This document shows positions 8,970 to 19,222 of a stretch of DNA of 64,000 bases, one piece after another (the stretch's first letter is position 1; the number at the start of each line of letters is the position of its first letter). The notes beneath the pieces are model-generated. The model had not been told where the DNA came from, made no database searches, and saw nothing but the letters and a program-made list of their open reading frames with translations. Position numbers and translations under genes: made by a program. Origin of the DNA: Methanobacteriota archaeon (lineage in GTDB: Archaea; Thermoplasmatota; Thermoplasmata; SG8-5; DAIRED01); assembly GCA_043799545.1 (NCBI GenBank), contig JAZDNO010000006.1, forward strand, positions 82,091-146,090, given 5' to 3'.

Positions 8970-9843
8970 GCCCCTCCGTTGTTATTTCCAGCAAGAGCCT
9001 GGATCCGTGTCCGCGTATGCCCAAGGAGCGGCATCCCACGTATTTGCGCTTAAGTAGGTCCTTCTCCTCCATGCCGACGATGAGCTTCTTGAAGTAAACG
9101 CCGGAACCGGCCTTCAGCCCGCCCTCTTCGACCTTCTGGCCGTACATCCGCTCGACATCCTGGGCCAGCGCGTGCCTGCTGTTCCCCGCAAGCTCCCTCA
9201 GTGAATCCAGCACGGTCCTTGCATGGATGTCGGAATCGGATTTTCTGGCCCTCTTCGGACCCGGGCGCTGGGGGGCGCCGGCCCCCTGCATGCCATCTAT
9301 CTTCACATGGAGCGAGTCAAGGGCCTTCATAATCGCCGCGACGTCGCTTTCCAGCTTCTTGATAATTATCGCAACTTCTCCATCCGAAGGCATCCGGTCA
9401 TTTTTTCTTTGAGGATGGGCGGGGGCGCGCTCCTCGATTTTTAGACTACCCGATTCCAGCTTCGACAGCGCCTCTGCGCCAGCATCCGTGAGCTTGTAAA
9501 GCGATATTTCGACCGGTCGGTCGTCCTTCCGGCTCGCGTGGCTGCTGCGTTCCAGCAGGCCAAACCTCGTGAGCGCGGCGAGGGTGGCGTTGATGGCATT
9601 GTAACCCTTGCCCGTTTCCTTGCGGACGTAGCCCGGGGTGAAGGTGCCTCCGTGCAACCCGTCCGTGAGCTGGGACTTGGCCAGTTTGAGTATCTCGAAT
9701 TCGAACGGTGCGCAGGAAGTCAGCCTCTCGCTTTCGAAGGATTGGTCTGGTGATTCTTTGCTGGGGGTCATCGCTGTTACCAATAATCTAAAGGAGCCTC
9801 GATATTTATAATTTGCCGCGATATTGGCGAGCCTGATACTCAC
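8935..9843 (-). CDS. Hypothetical protein, possibly DNA-binding (winged-helix-like segments)
   Basis: 302-aa ORF with no catalytic motifs. Helix-rich segments resemble winged HTH. It lies divergent to cdc48. The true start may be internal (MTPSKESP). Confidence 0.35.
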   Translation of the reverse strand: MSIRLANIAANYKYRGSFRLLVTAMTPSKESPDQSFESERLTSCAPFEFEILKLAKSQLTDGLHGGTFTPGYVRKETGKGYNAINATLAALTRFGLLERSSHASRKDDRPVEISLYKLTDAGAEALSKLESGSLKIEERAPAHPQRKNDRMPSDGEVAIIIKKLESDVAAIMKALDSLHVKIDGMQGAGAPQRPGPKRARKSDSDIHARTVLDSLRELAGNSRHALAQDVERMYGQKVEEGGLKAGSGVYFKKLIVGMEEKDLLKRKYVGCRSLGIRGHGSRLLLEITTEGLDYLAKLEGSA

Positions 9844-9854
9844 ACTGCAAACGT

Positions 9855-9862
9855 TTTATATC
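9855..9862 (+). promoter_or_regulatory. Candidate TATA box for cdc48 (near-leaderless transcript)
   Basis: ttttatat centred about 32 nt upstream of the ATG at 9890, in an AT-rich intergenic region. A second tttataat lies at about 9805. Confidence 0.3.
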
Positions 9863-9889
9863 GCCGGGCGGTTTACGGAACGATTCGAA

Positions 9890-12112
9890 ATGGCCGACCG
9901 AAGCGTTGTCCTGAAGGTGGCAGAAGCGGCGCAGTCAGACGTCAGCCTGGGCCGGGCGCGAATCGATACGACCACCAGGATGGCAATAGGGGTGGAGGTC
10001 GGCGACATAGTCGAAATTCTGGGAAAGAAGAGCACGGTCGCCAAGATTTTCCGGACGCTTTCGGAGGACGAGGGCAAGGGGCTCATCCGCATCGATGGCC
10101 TGGTCCGCAGGAACGCTGGCGTTTCCATCGGGGACAAGGTTGAGGTGCGCAAGGCGGAGGTGGTCAATGCCACGAAGGTTACGATGGCTCCGATGCTGGC
10201 GGCCAACAAGCGCGTTACCTTCGGAGAGGGCATAGAGGCGTTCGTGCGGCGCGGTCTGAGCAAGCGCCCCCTGACGAAGGGCGACACGGTCGTTGTCCCT
10301 GGGATTGCGCTGATGGGCGGCGCGCTGCCGTTCATTGTGGTCAGCACCGCGCCCAAGGGTATTGTTCAGATTACAGACTCGACCGAAGTGCAGGTGAGGG
10401 AGGAGACCGCGGAGGCCGGGGAGACGGTGACCCAGAGCATCACGTACGAGGACATCGGCGGCCTGAAAGACGAGCTTCAGCGCGTGAGGGAGATGATAGA
10501 GCTCCCGTTGAAGCACCCAGAGCTGTTCCAGCGCCTCGGAATCGACCCCCCCAAAGGGGTTCTGCTCTACGGCCCGCCCGGGACTGGCAAGACGCTTATC
10601 GCGAAGGCGGTCGCTGGCGAGGCGGGGGCGAACTTCTACTCCATCCAGGGTCCTGAGATAATCTCCAAATACTACGGCCAGTCGGAGGAGAAGCTGCGCG
10701 AGAAGTTCGAGGAGGCCGAGCACAACGCGCCGTCGGTCATTTTCATCGACGAGCTGGACTCAATCGCGCCCAAGAGGGACGAGGTTCAGGGCGAGGTCGA
10801 GCGCCGCGTCGTGGCCCAGCTGCTGACGCTGATGGACGGCCTTAGCAACCGTGGGAATGTCATAGTCATCGCCGCCACCAACAGGGAGGACGCGATTGAT
10901 CCGGCGCTGAGGCGCCCGGGCCGCTTCGACCGCGAAATCGAAATCGGCGTGCCCGACCGCTTCGGACGCAAGGAAGTCATGCTGATTCACACTCGTGGCA
11001 TGCCCATAGAGGGAACCGAGGACGAGCGCGCCAAGCTTCTCGAAGAGCTTGCGGCGATAACATTCGGGTTCGTAGGCGCCGACCTGGCCGCGCTGGCCCG
11101 CGAGGCCGCGATGCGGGCCTTGCGCAGGTACCTGCCAGGGATAGACCTGGACAAGCCGATTCCCGCGGACGTGTTGGGCAAGATGATTGTGAAGCGCGAA
11201 GACTTCAAGGAGGCGCTGAAGGACGTGGAGCCGAGCGCGATGCGGGAGGTCCTGGTCGAGATACCGAAGGTCACTTGGGACGAGGTCGGAGGGCTGGAGG
11301 ACGCCAAGACGACTCTGAGGGAATCTGTAGAGATGCCCCTGAACAACCCGGCGGCTTTCGAGCGGATGGGAATCAGGCCGCCTCGCGGAATCCTTCTGTA
11401 CGGTCCGCCGGGGACAGGTAAGACTCTACTGGCCAAGGCAGTTGCCAACGAATCGCAGGCCAATTTCATATCCATCAAGGGTCCGGAGGTAATGTCGAAA
11501 TGGGTGGGGGAGAGCGAGAAGGCGGTGCGCCTGATTTTCAAGAAAGCCAAGCAGGTCGCGCCATCGATAGTGTTCCTGGACGAGATAGACGCAATCGCGC
11601 CGATGAGGGGCTCAAGCTCCGGAGATGCTGGAGCGACCGAGCGGGTGGTGAACCAGATATTGACATCAGTGGACGGGCTGGAATCGATGGAGGGCGTGGT
11701 CGTCCTGGCGGCGACGAACCGACCCGACATCCTGGATTCCGCGCTGCTCAGGCCCGGGCGTTTCGACAGGATGGTTCTCATCAGCGTGCCAGATAAGGAG
11801 ACGAGGCTCCAGATATTCAAGGTGCACACCAAGAAGATGCCCCTCAAGGGCGTGGACCTGAACCGCCTTGCTGACGTGACCAAAAACTACGTCGGTGCGG
11901 ACATCGAGGGCCTGTGCCGCGAGGCCGCCATGCAGGCGCTGCGCCAAGACCCGGCGGCCAAGGAAGTCACGACGGCGCACTTCGAGGCCGCGCTGAAGGT
12001 CATCAGGCCATCTGTCACCGAGGAAATAATCAAATACTACGAGGGGATTAAGGAGAAGATTGAAAGCGGGATAACCAAGAGCAAGCGAGACTCTTTTGGT
12101 TATTACGCCTAG
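9890..12112 (+). CDS. cdc48: Cdc48/VAT-type AAA+ ATPase (two AAA domains)
   Basis: N-terminal double-psi-barrel-like domain ([22 protein letters not shown]), two Walker A motifs GPPGTGKT, and two second-region-of-homology segments. Start placed at [13 protein letters not shown]. Confidence 0.9.
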   Translation: MADRSVVLKVAEAAQSDVSLGRARIDTTTRMAIGVEVGDIVEILGKKSTVAKIFRTLSEDEGKGLIRIDGLVRRNAGVSIGDKVEVRKAEVVNATKVTMAPMLAANKRVTFGEGIEAFVRRGLSKRPLTKGDTVVVPGIALMGGALPFIVVSTAPKGIVQITDSTEVQVREETAEAGETVTQSITYEDIGGLKDELQRVREMIELPLKHPELFQRLGIDPPKGVLLYGPPGTGKTLIAKAVAGEAGANFYSIQGPEIISKYYGQSEEKLREKFEEAEHNAPSVIFIDELDSIAPKRDEVQGEVERRVVAQLLTLMDGLSNRGNVIVIAATNREDAIDPALRRPGRFDREIEIGVPDRFGRKEVMLIHTRGMPIEGTEDERAKLLEELAAITFGFVGADLAALAREAAMRALRRYLPGIDLDKPIPADVLGKMIVKREDFKEALKDVEPSAMREVLVEIPKVTWDEVGGLEDAKTTLRESVEMPLNNPAAFERMGIRPPRGILLYGPPGTGKTLLAKAVANESQANFISIKGPEVMSKWVGESEKAVRLIFKKAKQVAPSIVFLDEIDAIAPMRGSSSGDAGATERVVNQILTSVDGLESMEGVVVLAATNRPDILDSALLRPGRFDRMVLISVPDKETRLQIFKVHTKKMPLKGVDLNRLADVTKNYVGADIEGLCREAAMQALRQDPAAKEVTTAHFEAALKVIRPSVTEEIIKYYEGIKEKIESGITKSKRDSFGYYA

Positions 12113-12114
12113 AG

Positions 12115-12375
12115 GTGAATGCGATGAAGAAGTTTGCAGCGGAACTCCGCGGAAAGACCGTGATGACCAACGACGGCCAGATTCTAGGCATGATAGACAA
12201 CTTCGTCGTGGACACCATCACCGGCGAACTGCACCACGTTCTGGTGATTCCGGCCGAGGACGTCGAGACCCGGTTATTCAGGACGGACGCGGGCGGGCGC
12301 CTAGTGCTTCCGTTCCTGGAAATGAAGGCTGTACGGGATGTCGTGGTCATGAACGTGAAGCCGGGAAGGGCGTAG
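12115..12375 (+). CDS. PRC-barrel domain protein
   Basis: 86 aa. GKTVMTNDGQILGMIDNFVVDTITGELHHVLV is typical of the PRC-barrel fold. Starts 3 nt after the cdc48 stop. Confidence 0.5.
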   Translation: MNAMKKFAAELRGKTVMTNDGQILGMIDNFVVDTITGELHHVLVIPAEDVETRLFRTDAGGRLVLPFLEMKAVRDVVVMNVKPGRA

Positions 12376-12458
12376 AGCATCAATCAATCGTTTCAGCGTT
12401 CCATATGAATTTCATTTTTTAGAGTCAGCTCCGCAAGCATGTTTTCTATGGGCTGGTG

Positions 12459-15400
12459 TTAAATCCCCTTCTTCAGCTTTCTCGCCAGCCCCGGCGATAT
12501 GCCCTGTATGCGCGTAAGCTCTGCCATCTCCGCGCGGTGGATGTCGTCCTCCGAGCAGAATCCGGCTTCCCATAGGTCGTTGGCCTTCGAGTAGCCGATG
12601 CCCGGCACGGACATGAGTTTCTGGACGAACGATTCCCGGTCTCGCTTAGCGACCTTTTTCGTCCCCTTCTTCTTTGCTGCTCCCCCATCGCCAGATATCG
12701 CGGACTCCATCTCCCTTGCCAGGGCGTCTTCCTTGTCCTTGTATCTCAACCGCTCGCCGCAAGCGTGGCATTTCTTCGCACCGATGTCGTTCGTCTCGCC
12801 GCATTCCTGGCATGCCACGCCGGAACGTTTCCTCTCTTTCCTGGCCGCCGCCGGTGCGGGCGTCTTTCTCTCCGGAGGCTGCTCCTGGGCCTGCTTGCGA
12901 GCGGGTTTCGAAGCATCCTTCTCCGGGACGACCTCTCTCTCAACGCCTTCAATGTTCTTCATTGCGTCTGAGAAATCCGGAGCGAGCGAGAGCGCCTCCT
13001 CGAACGAGGCGATTGCGTCAGCTGTCTTGCCGGCGCGTTTCAATGCGATACCTCTGATGTTCCACAGTTCGGCGCTGCGCTCGTCGAGCTTCAACCCGTC
13101 GTCCGCTGCCCGAACCGCGCCTTTCAGGTCGTCCGATTCGAGCATAACGAACGATTTTATTGCGTAAAGCTCGGGAGATTTCACCGCTGCCAGCCCATCC
13201 CCGATGAGTTCCAGCGATTCTCCAGCCCTTCCCTGCCTCGCCAAAACGGAGGCCTTTCCCGCCAGTGCCGCGAGTGCGTCCGGACGCGCGTCCAGCGCCC
13301 GGTCGTAACTTTTAATCGCCTGGTCAAGCTCCCCGCGCGATGCGAACACGGCGCCGCGGTCGCACCAGGCTTCCCAGTGCCCCGGGTCGCTCTGCAAGGC
13401 CTTGTCCAGGCACATCAGGGCGTCGTCCAATTTTCCCGAAAGGTATAGGGTATTTCCGACCTTGTTCCAGAGGTCCGCGCTGGATTTGGCAAGCTCGGCC
13501 GCTTCTTCCAGCGCCTCCGAAGCCTTGCCCTTGCGCCCCCAAAAATCGAGCAGGTCCGCTTTCAGCAGGAGCAGCGGGACGGAGATGTCCGTCTTGGCGG
13601 TAATGGCGCTGAGCGCCTCCGATGCGGCGGCATAACGGCTTGAACCGAGCAGAGCTTCGGTCCTCCCCAGCGCAGCTGCGGTGTCGTCCGGGTCAAGGTC
13701 CAGGGCATCCTCGAAAAACGACGCGGCTTCCTCGTAATGCCCGAGCGCGTAGGCTGCCTCGCCTTGCATCCGCGGCAGACGGGACTCGCTCCTCAGAAGC
13801 ATGGCCTCGCCGAACCGCCCTATCGCGTCCTCGAACATCCCGAGGCGCATGCAGAGCTCGCCGAGGCCCACCAACTCGTCGAATTCCAGCACCTCGCGCT
13901 CCTCCGCCCTGGCATCCTCGATGCGCTCTATTTCCTCAGGCTCGCCAGCCGGCAAATCCGGCTCAAGCTCGGGCTCTTCCGTCTCCCTGAGGTCGGAGCC
14001 GCATCCCATGCAGAAGTTATCGCGCTCCCCGACATCGCCCCCGCACTCCGAGCATGTGAACAGGACAGTATCTTCACTCTCGGACTCGCCTGAACCCGGG
14101 GCGATGCCCGCGGGCGGCACCTCCGAAACTGACGGGACTGGCTCGGTCATTGAGACCGCTTCGAAAGGTGCAGGCTCGGGAACTGGTAACGGTGCCTGTA
14201 CTGGAACCTCGACGGGTTTAACGGGGACAGAGCGCTCGGCCTGCTGCTGGCGCTCCTTCGCTTCTCGCTGCTGCCGCAGCCTCTCCTCCTGCTCTTGGCG
14301 CAGGGCTCTCTCGGTCTTTTCCCGGAGCTCGATGGCGACATCCCAGCCGGGCTTCATGTCAAGAGCCAGCTCAAGCGAGTCGAGCGCAGCCTTGTACACG
14401 CCTGCGGCAACCAGGGCGCTCGCCTTCTGAGCATGCATCTCAGGCGTTTTGAACTTCTCGAGCACGCGGTCGTACGACTTCACGGCCTCCAGATGTCTGC
14501 CAAGGTCCTGGAGGAGCAGCCCGCGGTTCAGCCACGTGTCCAGGTTGTCGCCGCGCAGCTCGAGGGCCTTGTTGAAACTCGCCAGCGCCTCGTCGCTCCT
14601 GCCGAGGTGCTTGAGGGCGACGCCCCGGTTCGAGAGCGCGCGCTCGTTCTTCGGGTTTGACCGCAAAGCCTGGTCGAAGCAAAGCACGGCCTCCTCGTCC
14701 TTCCCCAGCTCGAGGAGAGTGGCCCCCTTGTTGTTCAACGCTTTTTCGTACGTCTTGTTCAGCTCCAGCGCCTTATCGTAGCAGGCGAGCTCGTCGTCGT
14801 GCTTGCCCTTCGAGTACAAAACGGCCCCGAGGTTGAACCAGCCCTCGTCCGAACCCGGGTTCCTGCGCAGCGCCTCCTCGTACGCTTCGACGGCCTTGTC
14901 GTTCTGCCCGAGCGCCGCCTGGCAGTTGCCGAGCATCGCGTGCGGGACGTCGTAGTCCGGCTTCAGCGCCGCCGCCTTGTCGAAGTACTCGATGGCCTTG
15001 CGGTAGTTGCCAGCCTCGTAGAAATCGTAGCCCCATTTCATTATCGAGTCCAGCTGCCCCATGCTCGGCAGCTGCCTGTTCCCGTCCTTCTCGAGGAACG
15101 ATTCCGTGGAGCGCCTGTCGAGCTCTTCTGTGAGCCCGAACTTGTCCAGCAGCTGGCCGAACCTCTCGGTGTCTGCGACCGCGACGTCGAACTGGGCGGC
15201 GTAGTTTTCCGCGTCCTTTGAAACGTCCCCGGCAGTGATGTAGATGCCCCTCGGCACGCCGGCCTTGCGCATCCTCTCCACGGACTTCTGTATGTCGTGC
15301 GGCCTGGCCGAATCGAGCCCGCGGGTCGCGAAGACGAGGTACTTGTCGCCGTTTGCGATTAGGTGCGCCTCCATCTCCATCGAGTCCCCCGAGGTTCGGA

Positions 15401-15557
15401 AACCTTTTGTCTCCAGCCCCATCCCCTTGAGAACCCTCTCCACGAACGAGCGGAACTCCGGCTCGCTGAGCTCGCGCAGCTCCTTTGCCAGCCTGGCCGG
15501 GTCGTGCGTCATGCTCCGGCCTCCTCGTCCAAACGCTTGCGGGACCTCTCGCGCCAT
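12459..15557 (-). CDS. Giant multidomain protein: N-terminal Mrr-cat-like restriction-endonuclease-fold domain, two TPR arrays separated by a Zn ribbon, C-terminal Zn ribbon and helix-hairpin-helix
   Basis: N-terminus EFRSFVERVLKGMGLET..DKYLVFATRG..GIYITAGDVS fits Mrr_cat. More than 15 TPR-like repeats. Internal Zn ribbon FTCSECGGD..CMGCG. C-terminal CQECGE..CHACGE ribbon and HhH (MSVPGIGYSKANDLWEAGF). Confidence 0.6.
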   Translation of the reverse strand: MAREVPQAFGRGGRSMTHDPARLAKELRELSEPEFRSFVERVLKGMGLETKGFRTSGDSMEMEAHLIANGDKYLVFATRGLDSARPHDIQKSVERMRKAGVPRGIYITAGDVSKDAENYAAQFDVAVADTERFGQLLDKFGLTEELDRRSTESFLEKDGNRQLPSMGQLDSIMKWGYDFYEAGNYRKAIEYFDKAAALKPDYDVPHAMLGNCQAALGQNDKAVEAYEEALRRNPGSDEGWFNLGAVLYSKGKHDDELACYDKALELNKTYEKALNNKGATLLELGKDEEAVLCFDQALRSNPKNERALSNRGVALKHLGRSDEALASFNKALELRGDNLDTWLNRGLLLQDLGRHLEAVKSYDRVLEKFKTPEMHAQKASALVAAGVYKAALDSLELALDMKPGWDVAIELREKTERALRQEQEERLRQQREAKERQQQAERSVPVKPVEVPVQAPLPVPEPAPFEAVSMTEPVPSVSEVPPAGIAPGSGESESEDTVLFTCSECGGDVGERDNFCMGCGSDLRETEEPELEPDLPAGEPEEIERIEDARAEEREVLEFDELVGLGELCMRLGMFEDAIGRFGEAMLLRSESRLPRMQGEAAYALGHYEEAASFFEDALDLDPDDTAAALGRTEALLGSSRYAAASEALSAITAKTDISVPLLLLKADLLDFWGRKGKASEALEEAAELAKSSADLWNKVGNTLYLSGKLDDALMCLDKALQSDPGHWEAWCDRGAVFASRGELDQAIKSYDRALDARPDALAALAGKASVLARQGRAGESLELIGDGLAAVKSPELYAIKSFVMLESDDLKGAVRAADDGLKLDERSAELWNIRGIALKRAGKTADAIASFEEALSLAPDFSDAMKNIEGVEREVVPEKDASKPARKQAQEQPPERKTPAPAAARKERKRSGVACQECGETNDIGAKKCHACGERLRYKDKEDALAREMESAISGDGGAAKKKGTKKVAKRDRESFVQKLMSVPGIGYSKANDLWEAGFCSEDDIHRAEMAELTRIQGISPGLARKLKKGI

Positions 15558-18253
15558 CGCTTTGCCTCTTCGAGGTTGGGGTTTATTCCGAGCGCCTTGT
15601 CATAGGAATCCAGGGCATCCCGATACCTCTCGAACTCGTGCATCGCGATGCCCCGTTTGAGCCAGATGGCACCGTCTCCGGGGGCAATCTCAATGGCCTT
15701 GTCGTACGCAGCCATCGATTTCTCCTGGTCGCCCATCTCCCGGAACGACTCGGCGACGCCCAGCCAGGCGTTGGAATTGCGGGGCTCCACCTGGGTTGCT
15801 ATCTTGAATATCCTGAGCGACTCGTTGAATCCCCCGTTCTCGAACAGAAGCCAAGACTTCTCCACTAAAGCAGAAGGGTTTTCCGGCTCGATGGAGAGGG
15901 CTTTGTCGAAGTCCGCCATTGACTTGTCGGACTGGCGCTGGTCCTTCAAAATCTGGCCCCTGAGTATCCAGCCCGGCGCGAAGTCCCCGTGCTCCTTCGT
16001 CAGGTTGTCCAATAGCTGCAATGCGGCTCCCCAACGCCCCATCGCCCTGTATGTCGAAGCCTTCCCGGCCATGGCTCTAGGGTCCGTTGGCTTTCTGGAC
16101 AGCACCTCGTCGTAGGCCTTCAGCGCGTCGTTGTACTTCTGCCTCTCGGACAAGGCGGCGGCTACACGGAGCCTCGGCTCGAAATAGTCCGGGTCGAGGG
16201 CTATCGCCCTCTCGTAAAGCTGGAGCGCGCCTCCCCAGCGGCCCTTGGCTTCGAGAACGGTTCCCTTCTTGTACCACGCCTCCGAGAGGTCCTCGTCAAG
16301 CTCCAGTGCCTTGTCGAAGCACTTGTACGCCTCGTCGAACTTGCCCAGCCCTTGGAAGGAGTCCCCTATCCCTAGCCAAGCGTCGGCGTAGCGCTCGTCA
16401 AGTTCCACCGCTTCGTTGAACGCGGAAAGCGAATCCTCGTATTTTTTCAATGCCAGCAACACTTCGCCCTTCTTGTTCCACAGTACTTGGTCCTCGTGGT
16501 CCTGGGCCAGCGCGGCCTCGTAGGCCTCGAGGGCGCTGTATGACTTGCCGATGCCGGTTAAGACGTCCCCCTTCGCTTCCAGGAGGATGAGGGATGTCGG
16601 CGTAGCGGCCAGCCACTCGTCCAGCAGCGCGAGCGAATCGTCGCTCCGCCCTGTGCCGGAGAGGGCGTTGGCCTTGCCCGCGATGGCCTCCTCGTTCCCG
16701 GGGCTGATGGCCAGCACTTCCTCGAATGTGGCGAGCGCGGACTCGAACTCGTTTTCTTCCAGAAGCTTGTCTGCCTGGTCCAGAAGGCTCTCGATTCTCG
16801 GGTCCGGCGCTGCCGAGAGAACCTCGTCTATCTCGCTCTCTATTTTATCCGAGTCTGCGCCCGCAGGCGTGGCTACAGGGGATTCGGGCGAGGTTTTGTC
16901 AAGCGTAAGGGGCTCCGGCTCTTTGACTTTTGCAGCGACGGTCTCATGTACGGATGGCTCCGGTTCTTTGGATTTCGGAACAATCTCGGGGGCTGGAGCG
17001 AGCGGCTGAGGTCTTTTTCCTAGATCCAGCTCCGGCAACGGCTCCGAATCATCATCTTCTTTTTCCGGCTCTGAAAGCCCGGAGAGGATGTCTGCAAGGC
17101 TGCGCTGCCTGGCTTGCTCTGCGACCGGGGGCTTCGGTGGTTCTTCATCTTTTGGCTCGGGTTGCGGGGCCAGTTCCGCCGGGATTGGCTGCGGCGGAGA
17201 GGCCATCTTTTCGGGAGGTGCGGGCGCTGTGGATTTGTCTCGTTTGACTTCGGGAGATAACTCCTTCTTTTCCGGTTGAATTACGGTCGCCCTCTCGATG
17301 TCTCCCAGCTTGGCAAGCGTATCCGCTCGTTTCTTAGCAATCGACTGGTCCGCAGGCCTCTTCTCGAGAGCCGCTTCGTAGCAGCGGCCGGCCTCCCTGT
17401 AACGCCCAATGGCGAAGAGCGAATCGCCCTTGAAAACCCATCCGTCCGGAGAATCTGGCTGCACGGCCAGGGCTCTCTCGAAGCACCGCAAGGCGTCCGG
17501 GTGGTTGTTCGCCTTCGCGAGCGCGGCCCCTCGTTCGAGCCACGTTTCAGGCGTGGGCTCCTCCGTCTCGGCAAGCGCCTCCGAATACTTTGCGGCCTCG
17601 CCAGCTCTTCCCGTCTCCTGGAGCAGGTACACCTTGGCCCGCAGCGCGTCAGGCTCCCTCGGGTCTATGGCCAGGGCGGCGTCGACAAGGGCCATGGAGC
17701 CGGATATGTTCATTGCGTTCGAAGATGCGCACCACTCCTTGTCGAGCACGGAAGAGAGTGCTTCGCCCGGCCGCCTCGCCCGCCACCTCAGCCAAGCGAA
17801 CTGAAGGCAAACGCGGGCAGAGGGAGGGGAATAGCTGAGCTCGAATCCGTGCTCGAGGCGGTCAAGGGCGGCGGACATCCATGCAAGATCCGCCTGCGAC
17901 ATGGGTGGCATGGGCTCTTTGGGGTCCAGCGGCACCCCGGCGAGGAGCATCGCGCCCGAAGCCGCGGAAAGGAACTCTGCGAACCTGGCCTGGCCCATCC
18001 CCGGCATGTCGTCCCTGTCCGGAGGGTCGAATCGCCCGGAATCAGATGCGATGGCTTGGCCCGAAGGCGATGGGTGCGCGAGAAAAACCATGGCGTTGCC
18101 CTCGCCCAGCCTACGGGACGCCCCCTTTCCAGAGGTCCCCCAGTCCATCGTCCAGAGTGGCGATTCTCGCGAGAGCTCGTCGCAGCAGCCGCCGCAGATG
18201 CGCACGCCCGAGGGAGCGCCCTCCCCGCATCTGAGGCACGTAGACGGGGCCAT
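15509..18253 (-). CDS. Giant TPR-repeat protein with N-terminal Zn ribbon and A/P/E-rich low-complexity linker
   Basis: N-terminus CLRCGEGAPSGVRICGGCC, an acidic/proline-rich segment, then more than 15 canonical TPR repeats (W-LG-Y..A...P motifs). Its 3' end overlaps the start of the 12459..15557 gene by 49 nt. Confidence 0.6.
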   Translation of the reverse strand: MAPSTCLRCGEGAPSGVRICGGCCDELSRESPLWTMDWGTSGKGASRRLGEGNAMVFLAHPSPSGQAIASDSGRFDPPDRDDMPGMGQARFAEFLSAASGAMLLAGVPLDPKEPMPPMSQADLAWMSAALDRLEHGFELSYSPPSARVCLQFAWLRWRARRPGEALSSVLDKEWCASSNAMNISGSMALVDAALAIDPREPDALRAKVYLLQETGRAGEAAKYSEALAETEEPTPETWLERGAALAKANNHPDALRCFERALAVQPDSPDGWVFKGDSLFAIGRYREAGRCYEAALEKRPADQSIAKKRADTLAKLGDIERATVIQPEKKELSPEVKRDKSTAPAPPEKMASPPQPIPAELAPQPEPKDEEPPKPPVAEQARQRSLADILSGLSEPEKEDDDSEPLPELDLGKRPQPLAPAPEIVPKSKEPEPSVHETVAAKVKEPEPLTLDKTSPESPVATPAGADSDKIESEIDEVLSAAPDPRIESLLDQADKLLEENEFESALATFEEVLAISPGNEEAIAGKANALSGTGRSDDSLALLDEWLAATPTSLILLEAKGDVLTGIGKSYSALEAYEAALAQDHEDQVLWNKKGEVLLALKKYEDSLSAFNEAVELDERYADAWLGIGDSFQGLGKFDEAYKCFDKALELDEDLSEAWYKKGTVLEAKGRWGGALQLYERAIALDPDYFEPRLRVAAALSERQKYNDALKAYDEVLSRKPTDPRAMAGKASTYRAMGRWGAALQLLDNLTKEHGDFAPGWILRGQILKDQRQSDKSMADFDKALSIEPENPSALVEKSWLLFENGGFNESLRIFKIATQVEPRNSNAWLGVAESFREMGDQEKSMAAYDKAIEIAPGDGAIWLKRGIAMHEFERYRDALDSYDKALGINPNLEEAKRWRERSRKRLDEEAGA

Positions 18254-18286
18254 TGTCGCTCACTATAAATTGGTAGAATAAAAACG

Positions 18287-19222
18287 TTAGTGAAGCTCCC
18301 CTTCAACGCCGATTAGCGCGCACGCGCGGCTTTTTCGCTCGCCTGGCCGAACCGGCCCGGAGCGTCCGAACGCCAGCACCTCCAGATTCGGCGCGGAATT
18401 CCTTAGCTCCGCAGCGACGGCCTCCTCCACGTCCCCGTCGCCCGGGCCTCCCACCAGCAGATACCCGCTTTTTATGCTCTCCGGTTCAAGCTCCATCCAT
18501 TCAGAGCCAACCAGCGCCCGTGCGAGCTCGAATCCGCGGTCTCCGCCGATGGCCGTCGCCACGTCGGCCTTGAGGAAGGAGGCGCGCGAGAAGACGCTTT
18601 TCAGCGCTGGCCGGTCCCCGTCGGTTCCCGCCGCAGCCACTTCGTGAGGGACCAGGAGTGCGAGTTCGGACACGATTTCCATGGCCCTGAGGAAAGGGAG
18701 TTTTGGGGCAATCTGGGAAATCCTGTCGTTGCGCAGGACCAGCAGCCCGTCGCACAGCCTCCTGAGCGTTTTGGCCTGCTCCAGCGCCGCCGCCCGCCTG
18801 GCGGGGGCTTCCACAGAGAACGGAAGGATGGCGATACACACAGAGATTGCGCCAGCTTCCTTAGCCACGCGGGACGCCAGGGCTGCGCAGCGCCACCCAG
18901 AATTTCCTCCCAGCCCGCACAAGGAAAAGAATACGTCGGTACCGGAAATTTCGCTAGCCAGCACCGATGCCGACCGCAGGTGAGGCACGACGGGAATCCT
19001 CGGGTCCGTGTCCGAGGCTCCGAGAAGCTCGTGCCCCGGCACCAGCATCGAATGCCCCGCAAGCTTGCCCAGACCTTTTCGGGGATTGCCATTGAGCGCG
19101 AAAGTGCCAATGCTCAAACGCCCAGACACGAATTTTAGGGAGTTGCATCCCGCTCCCCCGCAACCCGCGATCCCGATTTTCAGCGGTTTCGCGCCATCGC
19201 CAACCCTGAATATTTCAGTCAT
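18287..19222 (-). CDS. Divergent FtsZ/tubulin-superfamily protein (FtsZ-like, degenerate GTP-binding loops, no C-terminal domain)
   Basis: KIGIAGCGGAGCNSLKFV aligns with the FtsZ T1 loop (GVGGGGxNA). SLCGLGGNSGWRCAALASRVAKEAGAISVCIAILPFSVEAPARRAAALEQAKTLRRLCDGLLVLRNDRI aligns with the FtsZ T4 loop plus H5 to S7 (GMGGGTGTG...[11 protein letters not shown]...LIVIPNDKL). Confidence 0.6.
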   Translation of the reverse strand: MTEIFRVGDGAKPLKIGIAGCGGAGCNSLKFVSGRLSIGTFALNGNPRKGLGKLAGHSMLVPGHELLGASDTDPRIPVVPHLRSASVLASEISGTDVFFSLCGLGGNSGWRCAALASRVAKEAGAISVCIAILPFSVEAPARRAAALEQAKTLRRLCDGLLVLRNDRISQIAPKLPFLRAMEIVSELALLVPHEVAAAGTDGDRPALKSVFSRASFLKADVATAIGGDRGFELARALVGSEWMELEPESIKSGYLLVGGPGDGDVEEAVAAELRNSAPNLEVLAFGRSGPVRPGERKSRACALIGVEGELH

